DNA of 64,000 nt from Eledone cirrhosa (taxonomy: Eukaryota). The DNA lies in contig OZ024760.1 in assembly GCA_964016885.1 (NCBI GenBank), positions 18,724,001 to 18,788,000 on the forward strand. The letters are read 5' to 3'. The notes beneath the pieces are model-generated. The model saw only the letters and a program-made list of their open reading frames with translations. It was not told the origin of the DNA and did not search any database. Shown here in pieces: positions 13,502 to 26,636 of this stretch (position 1 is the stretch's first letter; every line of letters begins with the position of its first letter). A program made the translations under genes and the position numbers.

Positions 13502-14577
13502 CTTTCTTTATTAGCCACAAGGGCCGACATGTAGGGGACAATACAAAGACAGGTACAGTGGGGGTTTACAATAAGGTCGAGTAAAAGTGCACAATGGCAA
13601 GACTAATTTAACAATGAAGATATAAAAATATAAAATAAACTATGCATAAATATAACAAAATAAATTCCCCGATAGGGGGTGGACGACCCTGGGGGGACTC
13701 GGGTACCCCACCAATCCTGAACCACCCTGCGCTTCTAGGGCACCCAGGGAGAGCACCCCTCTCCTCAAGTTAGCTAGCCTATAGGCACATGGTCAGAGTA
13801 GACCCATTCACACGAGCCATTCTCGCCACATTCACCCACCTTTTAACAAATGTACTGGGGGGCAGCACTTCTCTCTCCACCCTCACCTTCCTTTCCAGGT
13901 GAAACTTGAAGAAGTTGATGAGGGATTGGCCGAAGAGAAAAGTGTCTGTCTTCAGTCCTTTTAAGCTGGTCCACCATATAACCTCTTTCGCAACTGCCAC
14001 CAGACAGAGGAAAATTTCCTGCTCTTCCTGACCTAAGGAAGGCGGCGGGCTGATCTTCACTATGGACTCGGCCGATAGCCGGATCCGTTCTACACGCGAC
14101 AGTAGCTGTTCGACATAACTCCACAAGTCAGTAATGCACGGACATTGGACAAGTGCGTGCAGAACGGTTTCGTCGTTCTGTGCGCATCTTGGGCAGGTCC
14201 GTCTGACAGCACTTCCGTGTCTGTAGAGTTTATCCCGAACCGGCAGAGGCCCCCAAGCGAGGGATTTCTGGAAATTGGCCATCGTCCCCAGCTCAAAAGT
14301 CCTCCGGTACAGACTGGTCAGTTCGACTTCGTCGAGGCCCAAAGCTTCTCCGAGTGCGTCATCGCACTTGCCCACCACTAATCCTCTATAGAACTCGAGA
14401 GTGGAAGTTCCACTGATCGTATTGCCCGCTTGGTAGAGGGCAGTGAGTGCCTGGCAACATTCCAGGTGCCAGTCACCCAGTCTCGGTCTCTTCTTGACCC
14501 AGGACTGCAGCTCAGTCAAAGAAATGAGCTGCGGAAAGGCCCGTCTGATAAACGGCGACCTCACCTGTTCACCGTTG
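13501..14577 (-). mobile_element. 5'-truncated L1/Tx1-type LINE, family B
   Basis: ORF 13779-14564 matches the ORF2 C-terminus with CPRC..E...H....C; AATAAA then (ATT)n tail; (AAT)n at both junctions. Confidence 0.9.
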
Positions 14578-14599
14578 TAATAATAATAATAATAATAAT

Positions 14600-16130
14600 G
14601 ATTTCTTTATTGGCCACAAGGGCTGACATCAAGAAAAACATTACAGACGGCACAGGACGGTACGATGTGGGTTTCGTGCGTGTAAATATTTTTATTATTT
14701 ATATAAGAAAAGAAAAAAACAGAAACATATATATATATATATAAACAATAAAAATGAAAATTGAAACAATGAAAAATTCCCCAATAGGAGGGAAACCTCC
14801 GAGGGTTACTCGTGGCGAAAACCACACAAAAGACCACGGCCACCCTGACCACCAGGGCAAGCACCCTCTCTCAATTTTTCCATTTCTCAAACTATAGACG
14901 TATATTCAGAGCGGTCCCGTTCACTCGGACCATTCTCGCTACATTCACCCACCTTTCAACAAACTTGCTAGAAAGAAGCACTTGCCTCTCCACCCTGATT
15001 TTCATCTTCAAGTGAAACTTGAAAAAGTTAATTAGGGATTCGCCGAAGAGGAAAGTGTCTGTCTTTAACCCTTTCAACCTTGTCCACCACACAATCTCTT
15101 TCGCCATGGCCACCAGGCAGATGAAAACCGCCTGCCCTTCCTCCTCGAAGGGAGACGGCGAGACCATCTGCACAATGGACTCAGTCGATAACCGGATCAG
15201 TCCTACACGCGACAGCAACTGTTCGACATAGCTCCACAAGTCAGCAATGCTCGGGCACTGAACGAGTGCGTGCACAACGGTTTCGTCGCTCTGCGCGCAT
15301 CTCGGACAGGCTCGGCTGACGACACTTCCGTGCCTGTAGAGCTTATCTCGAACCGGCAACGCTCCCCGGTAGCACTGCCAGGCCAGGGATTTTTGGAAGT
15401 TATCCATAGGCCCTGGGCTGAAAGTTCTCCGGAAGAGAGCAAACAGCTGATCTTCTTCGACGCCCAGGATCTCTCCGAGAACGTCTTCGCTCTTCCCCTC
15501 CACTAGTCCTCTATAGAACGCCAATGTGGATGTTCCACCGATACTGGTGCCCAGCTGGCAGAGGGCAGTGGGCGCCTGGAGACATTCCAGTTTCCAAGCG
15601 CTATCCCTCGGTCTTTTTCTGACCCAGGACTGCAGCTCCGTCAAGGAGACGAGCTGTGGGAAAACGTGCCTGGCGAACGGCGACCACACCTGTTCACCGC
15701 CCAGGAAGCAGCAGAGATGTCGCAGCCTCAGCGCATGTTTGCGCATCATCAGCCATGGCATGCCCAGTCCTCCACGCAACGGGTGTTGACAGCAGATGGA
15801 TCGTCTGACCATGGGAGCGCGTCCCTCCCACAAAAAGCAGAAGAGGAAGCGCTCCATTTTGGTGAGAGTTGGGCTGAGGCAAGGGACGACGGTGAGGCGG
15901 TACGCATTCGCCACCTCCGCCCGGCCTTTCAGGGACAGCTTCCTCTCGGCACATTTCTAGATGAGGGAGGCCACCTTGCTCGTGACCTCGTTCCAGTTTT
16001 TCTCTATCTGGAGGTCCGGTCCGAACTAGACCCCGAGCAATTTAACCAGTCCGTCCGTCCAACGCCCCATGACGCTGTCGGACGGCATGGACTTGCCTCT
16101 CCAGGTGCCGAGCTGCAGGCCCACTGACTG
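14600..16130 (-). mobile_element. 5'-truncated, decayed L1/Tx1-type LINE (family B-related subfamily)
   Basis: ORF 14892-15914 is homologous to the ORF2 C-terminus; in-frame stops upstream; 3' end aataaagaaatc(att)n. Confidence 0.9.
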
Positions 16131-16139
16131 TAAGTTCAT

Positions 16140-16712
16140 TAAATAATTAAAAAAAATTTTTTTTTTTTAAATTTATTTTCCAATTTTCAATTTATTATTT
16201 TTTAATTTAATTTCATCCTATAACTCGTAACATAAGTTTAACGTTCCAAATTTCTGTTCACACATTAGACCAAACAGACACCCATTATATATGCCTTTGT
16301 TAAAATATAGATTCTTTAGAATAACGTTTTTCGCGGCTTTTTCTAGCTTGACTGTAGTGTGACTCTCACGCTGACTTCTTTCTTTCTTTCTTTTTTTTTT
16401 CTTCTCTCTTTCTTTCTTTCTTCCCCTTTTTTATTCTTTGACGGAGAGGTGGTAGTACATTATAAGCCTTCGCCCCCTCACCAGATGGTCATTAGCAGAT
16501 CGAGTTGTCATCACTTTGAGGGTGACTGGCCGAGGTGAAAGCAGCTAGTTGGTCAGTCGTCCTATCTGTCTCTGATTTTTCGGACCCATGGATTTTACAT
16601 ATTCCTTTGTTATATTTCGAATACCTGATGATATCACCGGATTCATATGGAACCCGGTCATTGACATGATCATAGTATAATAAACTTTCAAGGATTTACA
16701 CCAGTCCAGCCT
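16140..16712 (+). repeat. Dispersed ~570-bp repeat; inverted copy at 62368-62945
   Basis: Shared ggagaggtggtagtacattataagccttcgccccctcaccagatgg etc. Confidence 0.85.
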
Positions 16713-16727
16713 CCTGTTATTTTTATT

Positions 16728-16788
<61 letters not shown>

Positions 16789-16789
16789 A

Positions 16790-16834
<45 letters not shown>

Positions 16835-16944
16835 CTCATACTATAGTATTCACAGCTGTCACTTCGCACCGAGAGGTTGTTTGTTGTTGTGCAATATGGA
16901 TTGTTGATCTAGAATTCAGAAAAACAAATCGAAGATATTTTATA

Positions 16945-17512
16945 ATTGTTTCTACGTTTGGCACAAGGCCAGCAATTATCCAGTGTATTACTGGTACTTT
17001 ATTTTATCGACCCCGTAAGGATGAAAGGCAAAGTTAAGTTCGGCGGGATTTGAACGCAAAGGGCCATAACTATGCTGCAGAGCATAGTGTCTGACGTTCT
17101 ACCGATTTTGGTACAAGGCCAGCAATTACCCAGTGCATTACTGGTACTTTATTTTATCGACCCCGTAAGGATGAAAGGCAAAGTTAAGTTCGGCGGGATT
17201 TGAACGCAAAGGGCCATAACTATGCTGCAGAGCATAGTGTCTGACGTTCTACCGATTTTGGTACAAGGCCAGCAATTACCCAGTGCATTACTGGTACTTT
17301 ATTTTATCGACCCCGTAAGGATGAAAGGCAAAGTTAAGTTCGGCGGGATTTGAACGCAAAGGGCCATAACTATGCTGCAGAGCATAGTGTCTGACGTTCT
17401 ACCGATTTTGGTACAAGGCCAGCAATTACCCAGTGCATTACTGGTACTTTATTTTATCGACCCCGTAAGGATGAAAGGCAAAGTTAACCTCGGCGGGATT
17501 TGAACTCAGATA
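16945..17512 (-). mobile_element. Tandem SINE multimer, 150-bp period, about 3.7 copies
   Basis: g[c/t]acaaggcc at 16961, 17111, 17261 and 17411. Confidence 0.9.
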
Positions 17513-17769
17513 TTTTATAATATCTCTCGATTAGGTCCAGGTTCGTTTTAACCTGTTTGTATTTTCGTTGTTGTAGTGGCTGTTGTGACATTCTTTACCC
17601 AACGACAGTTTTCAATTTGTCACACATTTAACGAATGTTTATTACTCTAAGATTTAATTTATCGATTTATCGATATCATTTTATCGAGTCCTGGTGCAAG
17701 CTTCTGAAAGATTGTTATTCGAGAGATGATGCATTAGCTGCAACTTCGATTTTTCTCTCTATCATTGTT

Positions 17770-18897
<1,128 letters not shown>

Positions 18898-18963
18898 GGT
18901 AAACAGAAATATCAACACAATCGGTACAGTATAGATTAACGCTTGAAATACCAAGAAGAGGGT

Positions 18964-18997
18964 CTTAACGTTTCGGACGCTAGTCCTTCATCAGAAG
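18964..18997 (-). ncRNA. Minimal type-I hammerhead ribozyme
   Basis: Reverse complement: ctt-CTGATGA-a-ggac-tagc-gtcc-GAAA-CG-TT-aag; loopless stem III implies dimeric folding. Confidence 0.7.
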
Positions 18998-19374
18998 TAA
19001 GAATGAGAAATAAGATAGATTGAGGGGACGGGTGGGTTGGAATTGAAAAAAATGTCTTTAGATAAAAATAACAGGTCCATCGATGTTGACATCTCTTATA
19101 TGACTAACTTATATATATAAACAATTAATATTTTGAAGTTATGATGTGTTTAAACAAACACATTTTATTGATGTCTGAAATACACAATTTTTTAACTAAA
19201 CGCCATTTTGTGTGTTTCAATTTATTCTGAGAATGATTAGTGAATGGCGTGTTTGAGACTTGAGGTTCAGTATTTTGGAAACTTTGCCATCTTAAGAGGT
19301 TTCTTTTAATGGTTACATAAATTATTTTGATAAAAACAAGAAATGCTTTTATACCAGGAAAGTGTTTTAAACGA

Positions 19375-19574
19375 ACATATATCTATACACACACACATAT
19401 ATATATATACAAATACACACACACGAACATGTATGTATACATGCACATACAGACACACACATATACGTATATATATATATACATACACACACATATATAT
19501 ACATACACACATACTCACGTATATATATATATATACAAATACACACACACGAAAATGTATGTATACACACACAT

Positions 19575-19609
<35 letters not shown>

Positions 19610-19863
19610 CATTCACACACACATATGCATACACACATGTATATACATGCATACAAATATATATACATATACACACATATGTATGCATACAGACATACAT
19701 ATATACATACACACATATATATACATACACACATATTCATATACACACATATATATGCATACATACATACATATATACACATATAGACACACGCACATTT
19801 ATATGCGCGTGTGTATGTATGTGTGTGTTTGTGCGTGTGTATGCATATACATATGTGTGAGTA

Positions 19864-19928
<65 letters not shown>

Positions 19929-19975
19929 ATGTATATATGTATGTGCGTTTATACATATATATATATGAGTATGCA
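19375..19975. repeat. Degenerate (CA/TA)n compound microsatellite
   Basis: Directly visible. Confidence 0.9.
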
Positions 19976-20007
19976 TATTGAGCTCAGCCGTCGGGGTCCT
20001 ACTCGTT

Positions 20008-20049
<42 letters not shown>

Positions 20050-20361
20050 TTTATATATATGTGCTTGTGTTAGTGTGTACGTACAATATTTATTTTAGTG
20101 CCGTTAATTCTGCTGAAAGACATTTTCTCTGTTTAAATGTAGAAGAACATAGAGACCTCCAGGCTTTTAGACATATTACGTTAGAAATAACTATTTTAAC
20201 TACACATTAAAAGGTATTTTAATGTGTAGTTAAAATATTTTAAAAACAAATTCTACTTATTACCCTTCTTCAGTTCGAATACCTATCTAATTATACATCC
20301 GTCCGCCCGTCTCTCCCTCCGTCTGTCACTCTGTCTGTCTGTCTATCTATCTATCTGTCTG

Positions 20362-20448
<87 letters not shown>

Positions 20449-20449
<1 letters not shown>

Positions 20450-21070
20450 CGCATTCATACACTGCCCGAGCGTCACTGACCTGTGGGGCTATGTAGAACG
20501 ACTATTGTCGCGGGTGGGACCAATCCAGTTGACCACCGAGTCCATTGTCATGATCAAACCGCCACCCTCCTTCAAAAACGAAGGAGAGGCGGTTTTCCTT
20601 TGTGTGATAGCTATGGCGAAAGAGGTTGTATGGTGGACAAGGTTGAAAGGGCTGAGGTCAGACACCTTTCTCTCCGGCCAACAACTGATTCTTTTTTTCA
20701 AATACCACTTTGGAAGAAGAATCAGGATGGAGAGAGAGGTGCTGTACCCCAGCAAGTTTTATGAAAGGTGGGTGAAAGTGGCGAGAATGGCCCGAGTGAA
20801 TGGGCCTTCTCTCTATATCAGCCTGTAGGTTGAGGAAAAGGAGGAGGAGAGGAAAGGAGTACAAGCTCTTCGTACTCCTGGAGATGAGGGTTGCACATTT
20901 TTTTCGGGGGTCTGTGTTACCCATATAAACTGTCTCCCTCTATTGGGGAAAATCGACTAACTTTTAAATTCCATCTGTGATAACATTTTACACGTTTTTA
21001 TTGTATGTAAACTTCCCCCTTTGTATTTGTCCCCTTCTTTTGTGCCCCTGTGGCTAATAAAGAAATATAT
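20449..21070 (+). mobile_element. 5'-truncated Tx1 family A copy
   Basis: Nearly identical to 50541-51160; preceded and followed by (CTAT)n. Confidence 0.95.
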
Positions 21071-21080
21071 CTATCTATCT

Positions 21081-21703
21081 ACGCATTCATACACTGCCCG
21101 AGCGTCACTGACCTGTGGGGCTATGTAGAACGACTATTGTCGCGGGTGGGACCAATCCAGTTGACCACCGAGTCCATTGTCATGATCAAACCGCCACCCT
21201 CCTTCAAAAACGAAGGAGAGGCGGTTTTCCTTTGTGTGATAGCTATGGCGAAAGAGGTTGTATGGTGGACAAGGTTGAAAGGGCTGAGGTCAGACACCTT
21301 TCTCTCCGGCCAACAACTGATTCTTTTTTTCAAATACCACTTTGGAAGAAGAATCAGGATGGAGAGAGAGGTGCTGTACCCCAGCAAGTTTTATGAAAGG
21401 TGGGTGAAAGTGGCGAGAATGGCCCGAGTGAATGGGCCTTCTCTCTATATCAGCCTGTAGGTTGAGGAAAAGGAGGAGGAGAGGAAAGGAGTACAAACTC
21501 TTCGTACTCCTGGAGATGAGGGTTGCACATTTTTTTTCGGGGGTATGTGTTACCCATATAAACTCTCTCCCTCTATTGGGGAAAATCGACTAACTTTTAA
21601 ATTCCATCTGTGATAACATTTTACACGTTTTTATTGTATGTAAACTTCCCCCTTTGTATTTGTCCCCTTCTTTTGTGCCCCTGTGGCTAATAAAGAAATA
21701 TAT
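21081..21703 (+). mobile_element. 5'-truncated Tx1 family A copy, tandem to the previous one
   Basis: Same 5' start (acgcattcatacac); (CTAT)n spacer and tail. Confidence 0.95.
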
Positions 21704-21717
21704 CTATCTATCTATCT

Positions 21718-21800
21718 ACACGTTTTTATTGTATGTAAACTTCCCCCTTTGTATTTGTCCACTTCTTTTGTGCCCCTGTGGCTAATAAAGAAACATATCT
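21718..21800 (+). mobile_element. 3' UTR-only Tx1 family A copy
   Basis: acacgtttttattgtatg...gctaataaagaaa between CTAT repeats. Confidence 0.85.
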
Positions 21801-21809
21801 ACCTATCTC

Positions 21810-22068
21810 TTCTGGATGACGGATGCAGGGCCCAGCCAGTTTCATTTGTCTGCAGGCAACTTTTTTTCAGACTGGTCGTAGTGATCCGTATAGTTCCTTA
21901 TTTGTCAGCTTCTGTTTCCAAGAAATGTTGAGAGCCCTTGTCAACATCCTCGTGTAACATGCGTCAGGTCTCTTGCATAACACTTCGTCAATAGTCCACG
22001 TTTCACTGCCGTAAAGCAGGACGGACTCAACAGTTGCTAGGAAGAGGCGCTCCTTGATTTTCGGTGGA
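21810..22068 (-). pseudogene. RTE-clade LINE C-terminal fragment (duplicated in part at 28258-28460)
   Basis: Reverse complement translates KERLFLATVESVLLYGSETWT...YTRMLTRALNISWKQKLTNKELYG. Confidence 0.8.
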
Positions 22069-22119
22069 GAATAATCTAAATTATATCAATAATTTCTAAA
22101 TTACTTGATGGATAATAAT

Positions 22120-22302
22120 TGTTTCTACTATTGGCACAAGGCCAGCAACTACCCAGTACATTACTGGTACTTTATTGTATCGAACCCGTAAGGATGAAAG
22201 GCAAAGTTAACCTCGGCGGGATTTGAACTTAGATCATAAAGGGACGTAACTCTATGCTTCAAAGCATGGCGTCCGACTCTCTACCGATACTGCCAGTCCA
22301 CC
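22120..22302 (-). mobile_element. Near full-length SINE with ATAAT target-site duplication
   Basis: Absent from the paralogous segment at 28501-28515. Confidence 0.9.
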
Positions 22303-22519
22303 ATAATGAAATTAAAACTTCTATCTTAATGAATTATATAGCTATTCATTAATAATTCATTTGTTAATTCGCTATGGGAATTATATCAAAAGTGGGAACA
22401 CCTTAAAACCATATCATCAACAAAGCATAGAATATTTCTAAACAATTTGCTAAATTGATAATACGGTATGGACCTCAGTCGGTATCGACGATCAGACTTA
22501 AAGTTTCAGTTGTTCAATC

Positions 22520-22678
22520 AGAGTCGTAGGGGTGCCGTGGTGTGGTGTGGTCACGTATGTCATGATAGAGTCGTAGTGGTGCCGTGGTGTGGTGTGGTCC
22601 CGTATGTCATGATAGAGTCGTAGGGGTGCCGTGGTGTGGTATGGTTCCGTAACTCCTGATAGAGTCGTAGGGGCACCG
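22520..22678. repeat. 47-bp tandem repeat, about 3.3 copies (shorter paralog at 28722-28830)
   Basis: tgatagagtcgtag at 22563, 22610 and 22657. Confidence 0.85.
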
Positions 22679-22819
22679 TATTGACATACGGCATTTCTTG
22701 GGCATTTTTTTAAAACTTGGCAGACGTCATCTCCTCTCTAGGTCTGAATACTACAGATTTCTTCCAGAGAAAGATAGAGAGTGAGAGAATGGAAATGGTA
22801 AAGAGATATAGAGGAAGAA

Positions 22820-23598
22820 TCAACCCCAGTATTAGACTGGTACTTTTTTATCGACCTCGAAAGGAAGAAAGGTAAAGTTGACCTCGGAAGGAATAACATA
22901 AAGCATTCTATCTGACGTTTTAACGACTGTCATTCTATCTGACGTTCTAACGACTGCCATTCTATCTGACGTTCTAACGACTGCCATTCTATCTGACGTT
23001 CTAACGACTGCCATTCTATCTGACGTTCTAACGACTGTCATTCTATCTGACGTTCTAACGACTGTCATTCTATCTGACTTTCTAACGACTGCCATTCTAT
23101 CTGACGTTCTAACGACTGTCATTCTATCTGACGTTCTAACGACTGTCATTCTATCTGACGTTCTAACGACTGCCATTCTATCTGACGTTCTAACGACTGT
23201 CATTCTATCTGACGTTCTAACGACTGTCATTCTATCTGACGTTCTAACGACTGTCATTCTATCTGACGTTCTAACGACTGTCATTCTATCCAACGTTCTA
23301 ACGACTCTACCATTCTATCTGACGTTCCAACGACTGTCATTCTATCTGACGTTCTAACGACTGTCATTCTATCTGACGTTCTAACGACTGTCATTCTATC
23401 TGACGTTCTAACGACTGTCATTCTATCCAACGTTCTAACGACTCTACCATTCTATCTGACGTTCCAACGACTGTCCTTCTATCCGACGTTCTAACGACTG
23501 TCATTCTATCCAACGTTCTAACGACTCTACCATTCTATCTGACGTTCCAACGACTGTCCTTCTATCCGACGTTCTAATGACTCTACCAAGTCACCGCC
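22820..23598 (-). mobile_element. SINE containing a 27-bp minisatellite array (22905-23585)
   Basis: SINE body on the left, SINE head (reverse complement ggcggtgacttggtagagtc) on the right. Confidence 0.85.
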
Positions 23599-23934
23599 TT
23601 TCTATTCATATAAGGATTCAATTATATACACATAACCGATGTTCTAATATTTTTGCACAGACGTTTCGATCTGCAGTGGATGTCTTTAACATTCATGAAG
23701 CGTTTTTCGTTAAGCCATTTCTTAATGTTCTTGGATGATTTCTTATCAATCGATATCTCCAATTCAAGGGAATAAACCTGAGAAAACTGGTAAAATATTC
23801 CGTTCGGATCGAAGACTTCTGTGTGACAATCTCTACCAAGTCGATTACGTAAGTTTTCACAACCGAGAAAAAGATTATATATAGACTCTTATTTTCATTT
23901 ATTTCATAGTTGTGTTGCTTCAAACAACAACGGA

Positions 23935-24445
23935 ATGGTTGCTACGCAATATCGAATCGCTCTAGGTTGGGCAGCTTTCAACAAGAACAAGGAAATACTA
24001 ACATTAAAACGAATTTCCTACCATTTGAAGGCTAAGCTCTTTGATACTTACATCATACCAGTTGTGTTATATGGTCTTGACTTTGTTAATTGGACGACAA
24101 GATCACTTCAGAAGCTCTCTACATTCCAGAACCACATCATGAGTCTTACGACTGTCAAGCGGCTCAGCGACCGTATGTGTATCAGTGAGCTGCTCAACAT
24201 TACCAAACTTAGACCACTTACATCAATTGTCAAGTCAAGAGTACTCAAACTATACGGCCATATAAAAATATCAACTCGTGGTGTGAGTAGGTTATGCCAG
24301 GAAGGAAGGTTGTCTGGTAAGAGAAGCAGAGGCCGGCAGCCAAAACGATGGCTTGATAATGTTAACCTATAGACTGGACTTGATCTTTGTTCTTTAAACT
24401 CTGCTGTTGGTGATCGAACTTTGTTGGAGAGAAATATCTCATGTT
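23935..24445 (+). pseudogene. RTE-clade LINE C-terminal fragment
   Basis: RIALGWAAF..KAKLFDTYIIPVVLYG..W..LYGHI..GKRSRGRQPKRWLDNV. Confidence 0.8.
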
Positions 24446-24449
24446 GATC

Positions 24450-24695
24450 AGCAAAATACCGGTCGCTCTCCGACAGGTTTGCGGTCGTTCCCCTGGCAGT
24501 GGAGACTTCTGGTGTCCTCGGCCCCAGGGCTACCTCCTTACTCACCACCATAGGCGCTGAGCTGGCCAGCCGCAGGTATGAGCCCCGCGAGTTGGAGTGG
24601 CTTTTGCAGCGCGTCTCCCTCGCCGTCCTCCGGGGAAACGCCTTCTCCATTCTGTCCACCGGGGCTGTGGGTAGACCCCACCGCGTACCAATACA
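24450..24695 (+). mobile_element. CRE-like RLE non-LTR retrotransposon C-terminal fragment
   Basis: KYRSL..VPLAVETSGVLG..LLQRVSLAVLRGNA; a GC-rich island. Confidence 0.7.
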
Positions 24696-25148
24696 TTAGT
24701 TAAAAACCATTCTTTCATCTGATACAACACAATAAAGACTAAAGTGTCTGCAATTGGCAAAGTTTAGCGTCACTCAATGTGTTGCATTATAAGGTGATGT
24801 TACAACACAACTATGAATTGGCAGTTATCGGTAGAGCGCCGGATATAATTCTTTGTGGCATAGAGTTACATCTCTTTATTTATATATGTATACACACACA
24901 TAGATGTGTTTGAGAACTCTGCCCATTCCACGACCTTCTCAAGTCGGAGACGACGAAGACTTCCTCTACACGTTCGTTCGACGTATTAGAACGAGCAGTG
25001 AGTGATTTAGCAGCTACGATAAACTATGTATATCCATAACCTCGAAGCTACACACCTTCAACAAAAAAGAAGATATGGCGAATAAATATCTCTCAATAAC
25101 TCTCGTACCTGATGTGAGTAGAAAGAGACAAAGAGAGGTGAGTAAAAG

Positions 25149-25197
<49 letters not shown>

Positions 25198-25199
<2 letters not shown>

Positions 25200-25532
25200 A
25201 AAGTTATATTTAAATTGTTGGGTTACAACTAGTAAATATTTATAACTGATATAAAAGCACTCAACAAGTATTTGGAGTATATTTACGATATTAAATAAAT
25301 GGAAACTATATTTATAAAACCATATCTATTTCATTATATATATTTCAGGGATATCATATTAACAATATGTTATGCCTTCTTCAGACAAAATACAATATAG
25401 ACAGTTTTATAAATAAATAGATTTGACATACCGTTCAACATCGACTTGTATTGTTAATATGATATCCCTGAAATATATATAATGAAATAGATATGGTTTT
25501 ATAAATATAGTTTCCATTTATTTAATATCGTA
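25198..25532. mobile_element. Family P3 fold-back copy with HHR at 25327-25392 (-)
   Basis: Reverse complement: tattttgt-CTGAAGA-agg...cct-GAAA-TATATA-TA-atgaaata; (TA)n flanks. Confidence 0.7.
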
Positions 25533-25550
25533 TATATATATATATATATT

Positions 25551-25818
25551 CTAAGACGGGTAAAATTCCCGAGATCCATGGACGAGTTCTCTCCAGCGGT
25601 CTCTGTCCCTCATTATCGCTGACATGTCCTGCATCTCCAACAGACCAGTGTCTGTCCTTAGAGCATCAACATACGTTAACCTTGGTCTTCCTCTTCTAGT
25701 GTGTCCATGTAGGGGCTCCCAAAGGAGCACTGAGTGCAATGTCAACTCTAGATGTCGGTGAGCATGTCCAGCCAACCTCAGTCTCCTCTGTGTCACTTTT
25801 GAGCTGACTTCATTGCTA
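25551..25818 (-). pseudogene. RTE-clade LINE extreme C-terminus
   Basis: RRLRLAGHAHRH..VLLWEPLHGHTRRGRPRLTYVD; (TA)n on both sides. Confidence 0.8.
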
Positions 25819-25827
25819 TATATATAT

Positions 25828-26273
25828 GTAAAAGTTCTATTTAAATTGTTGGGATACAACAAGCAAATATTTTTATAACTGATATAAAGCACTCAACAAG
25901 TATTTGGAGTAAAAATACGATATTAACAAATGGAAACTATATTTATAAAACCATATTTATTTCATTATACATATTTCAATGACACCAAGTTAAATTATGG
26001 TGTGCTTTCATCAGATAAAATATAATATAGAGCAGTTTTATAAATAAATATTGACATACCCTTAAAGAATGCAACCATTACTGTTGGAAGCTCCCAGATA
26101 GCTTCCAACAGAAATGGTTGCATTCTTTAAGGGTATGTCAATATTTATTTATAAAACTGCTCTATAGTATATTTTATCTGATGAAAGCACACCATTATTT
26201 AACTTGGTGTCTTTGAAATATGTATAATGAAATAAATATGGTTTTATAAATATAGTTTCCATTTGTTAATATC

Positions 26274-26277
<4 letters not shown>
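25828..26277. mobile_element. Family P3 with ~360-bp palindrome (25915-26277); HHRs at 25958-26022 (-) and 26170-26234 (+)
   Basis: Arms meet at ctgttggaagct-cccagat-agcttccaacag. Confidence 0.75.
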
Positions 26278-26310
<33 letters not shown>

Positions 26311-26326
26311 CCGATATTGTTGGGCA

Positions 26327-26448
26327 TCCACTGATGATTTATAAGTGCCCACCTGCATATATTCCTATGGACTATGTGTAGGCTTCTACATAACCTGGAC
26401 ATTATTTTCCCAACTTGTAGAAAACTTATAATGAAACGATCGTTTGGA
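26327..26448 (+). ncRNA. Type-I hammerhead with long stem II (family P4)
   Basis: tcca-CTGATGA-t-ttataag...cttataa-t-GAAA-CGATCG-TT-tgga. Confidence 0.8.
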
Positions 26449-26636
26449 AAGAGAGATGTATTTAATTATGTCTCATATAAAATAATACAACTGGCTATCC
26501 GCAAAATACGTATAGTTAGCACCCCAAACGTATAATTGGGATTATACTAAGGTATATCCTAATGTTTGTTGAGTGAGACGGAAGTCGGTCGGAGTATTGC
26601 TTAAAGCTTTGTCTGTTAATGCATTAAATATATATA

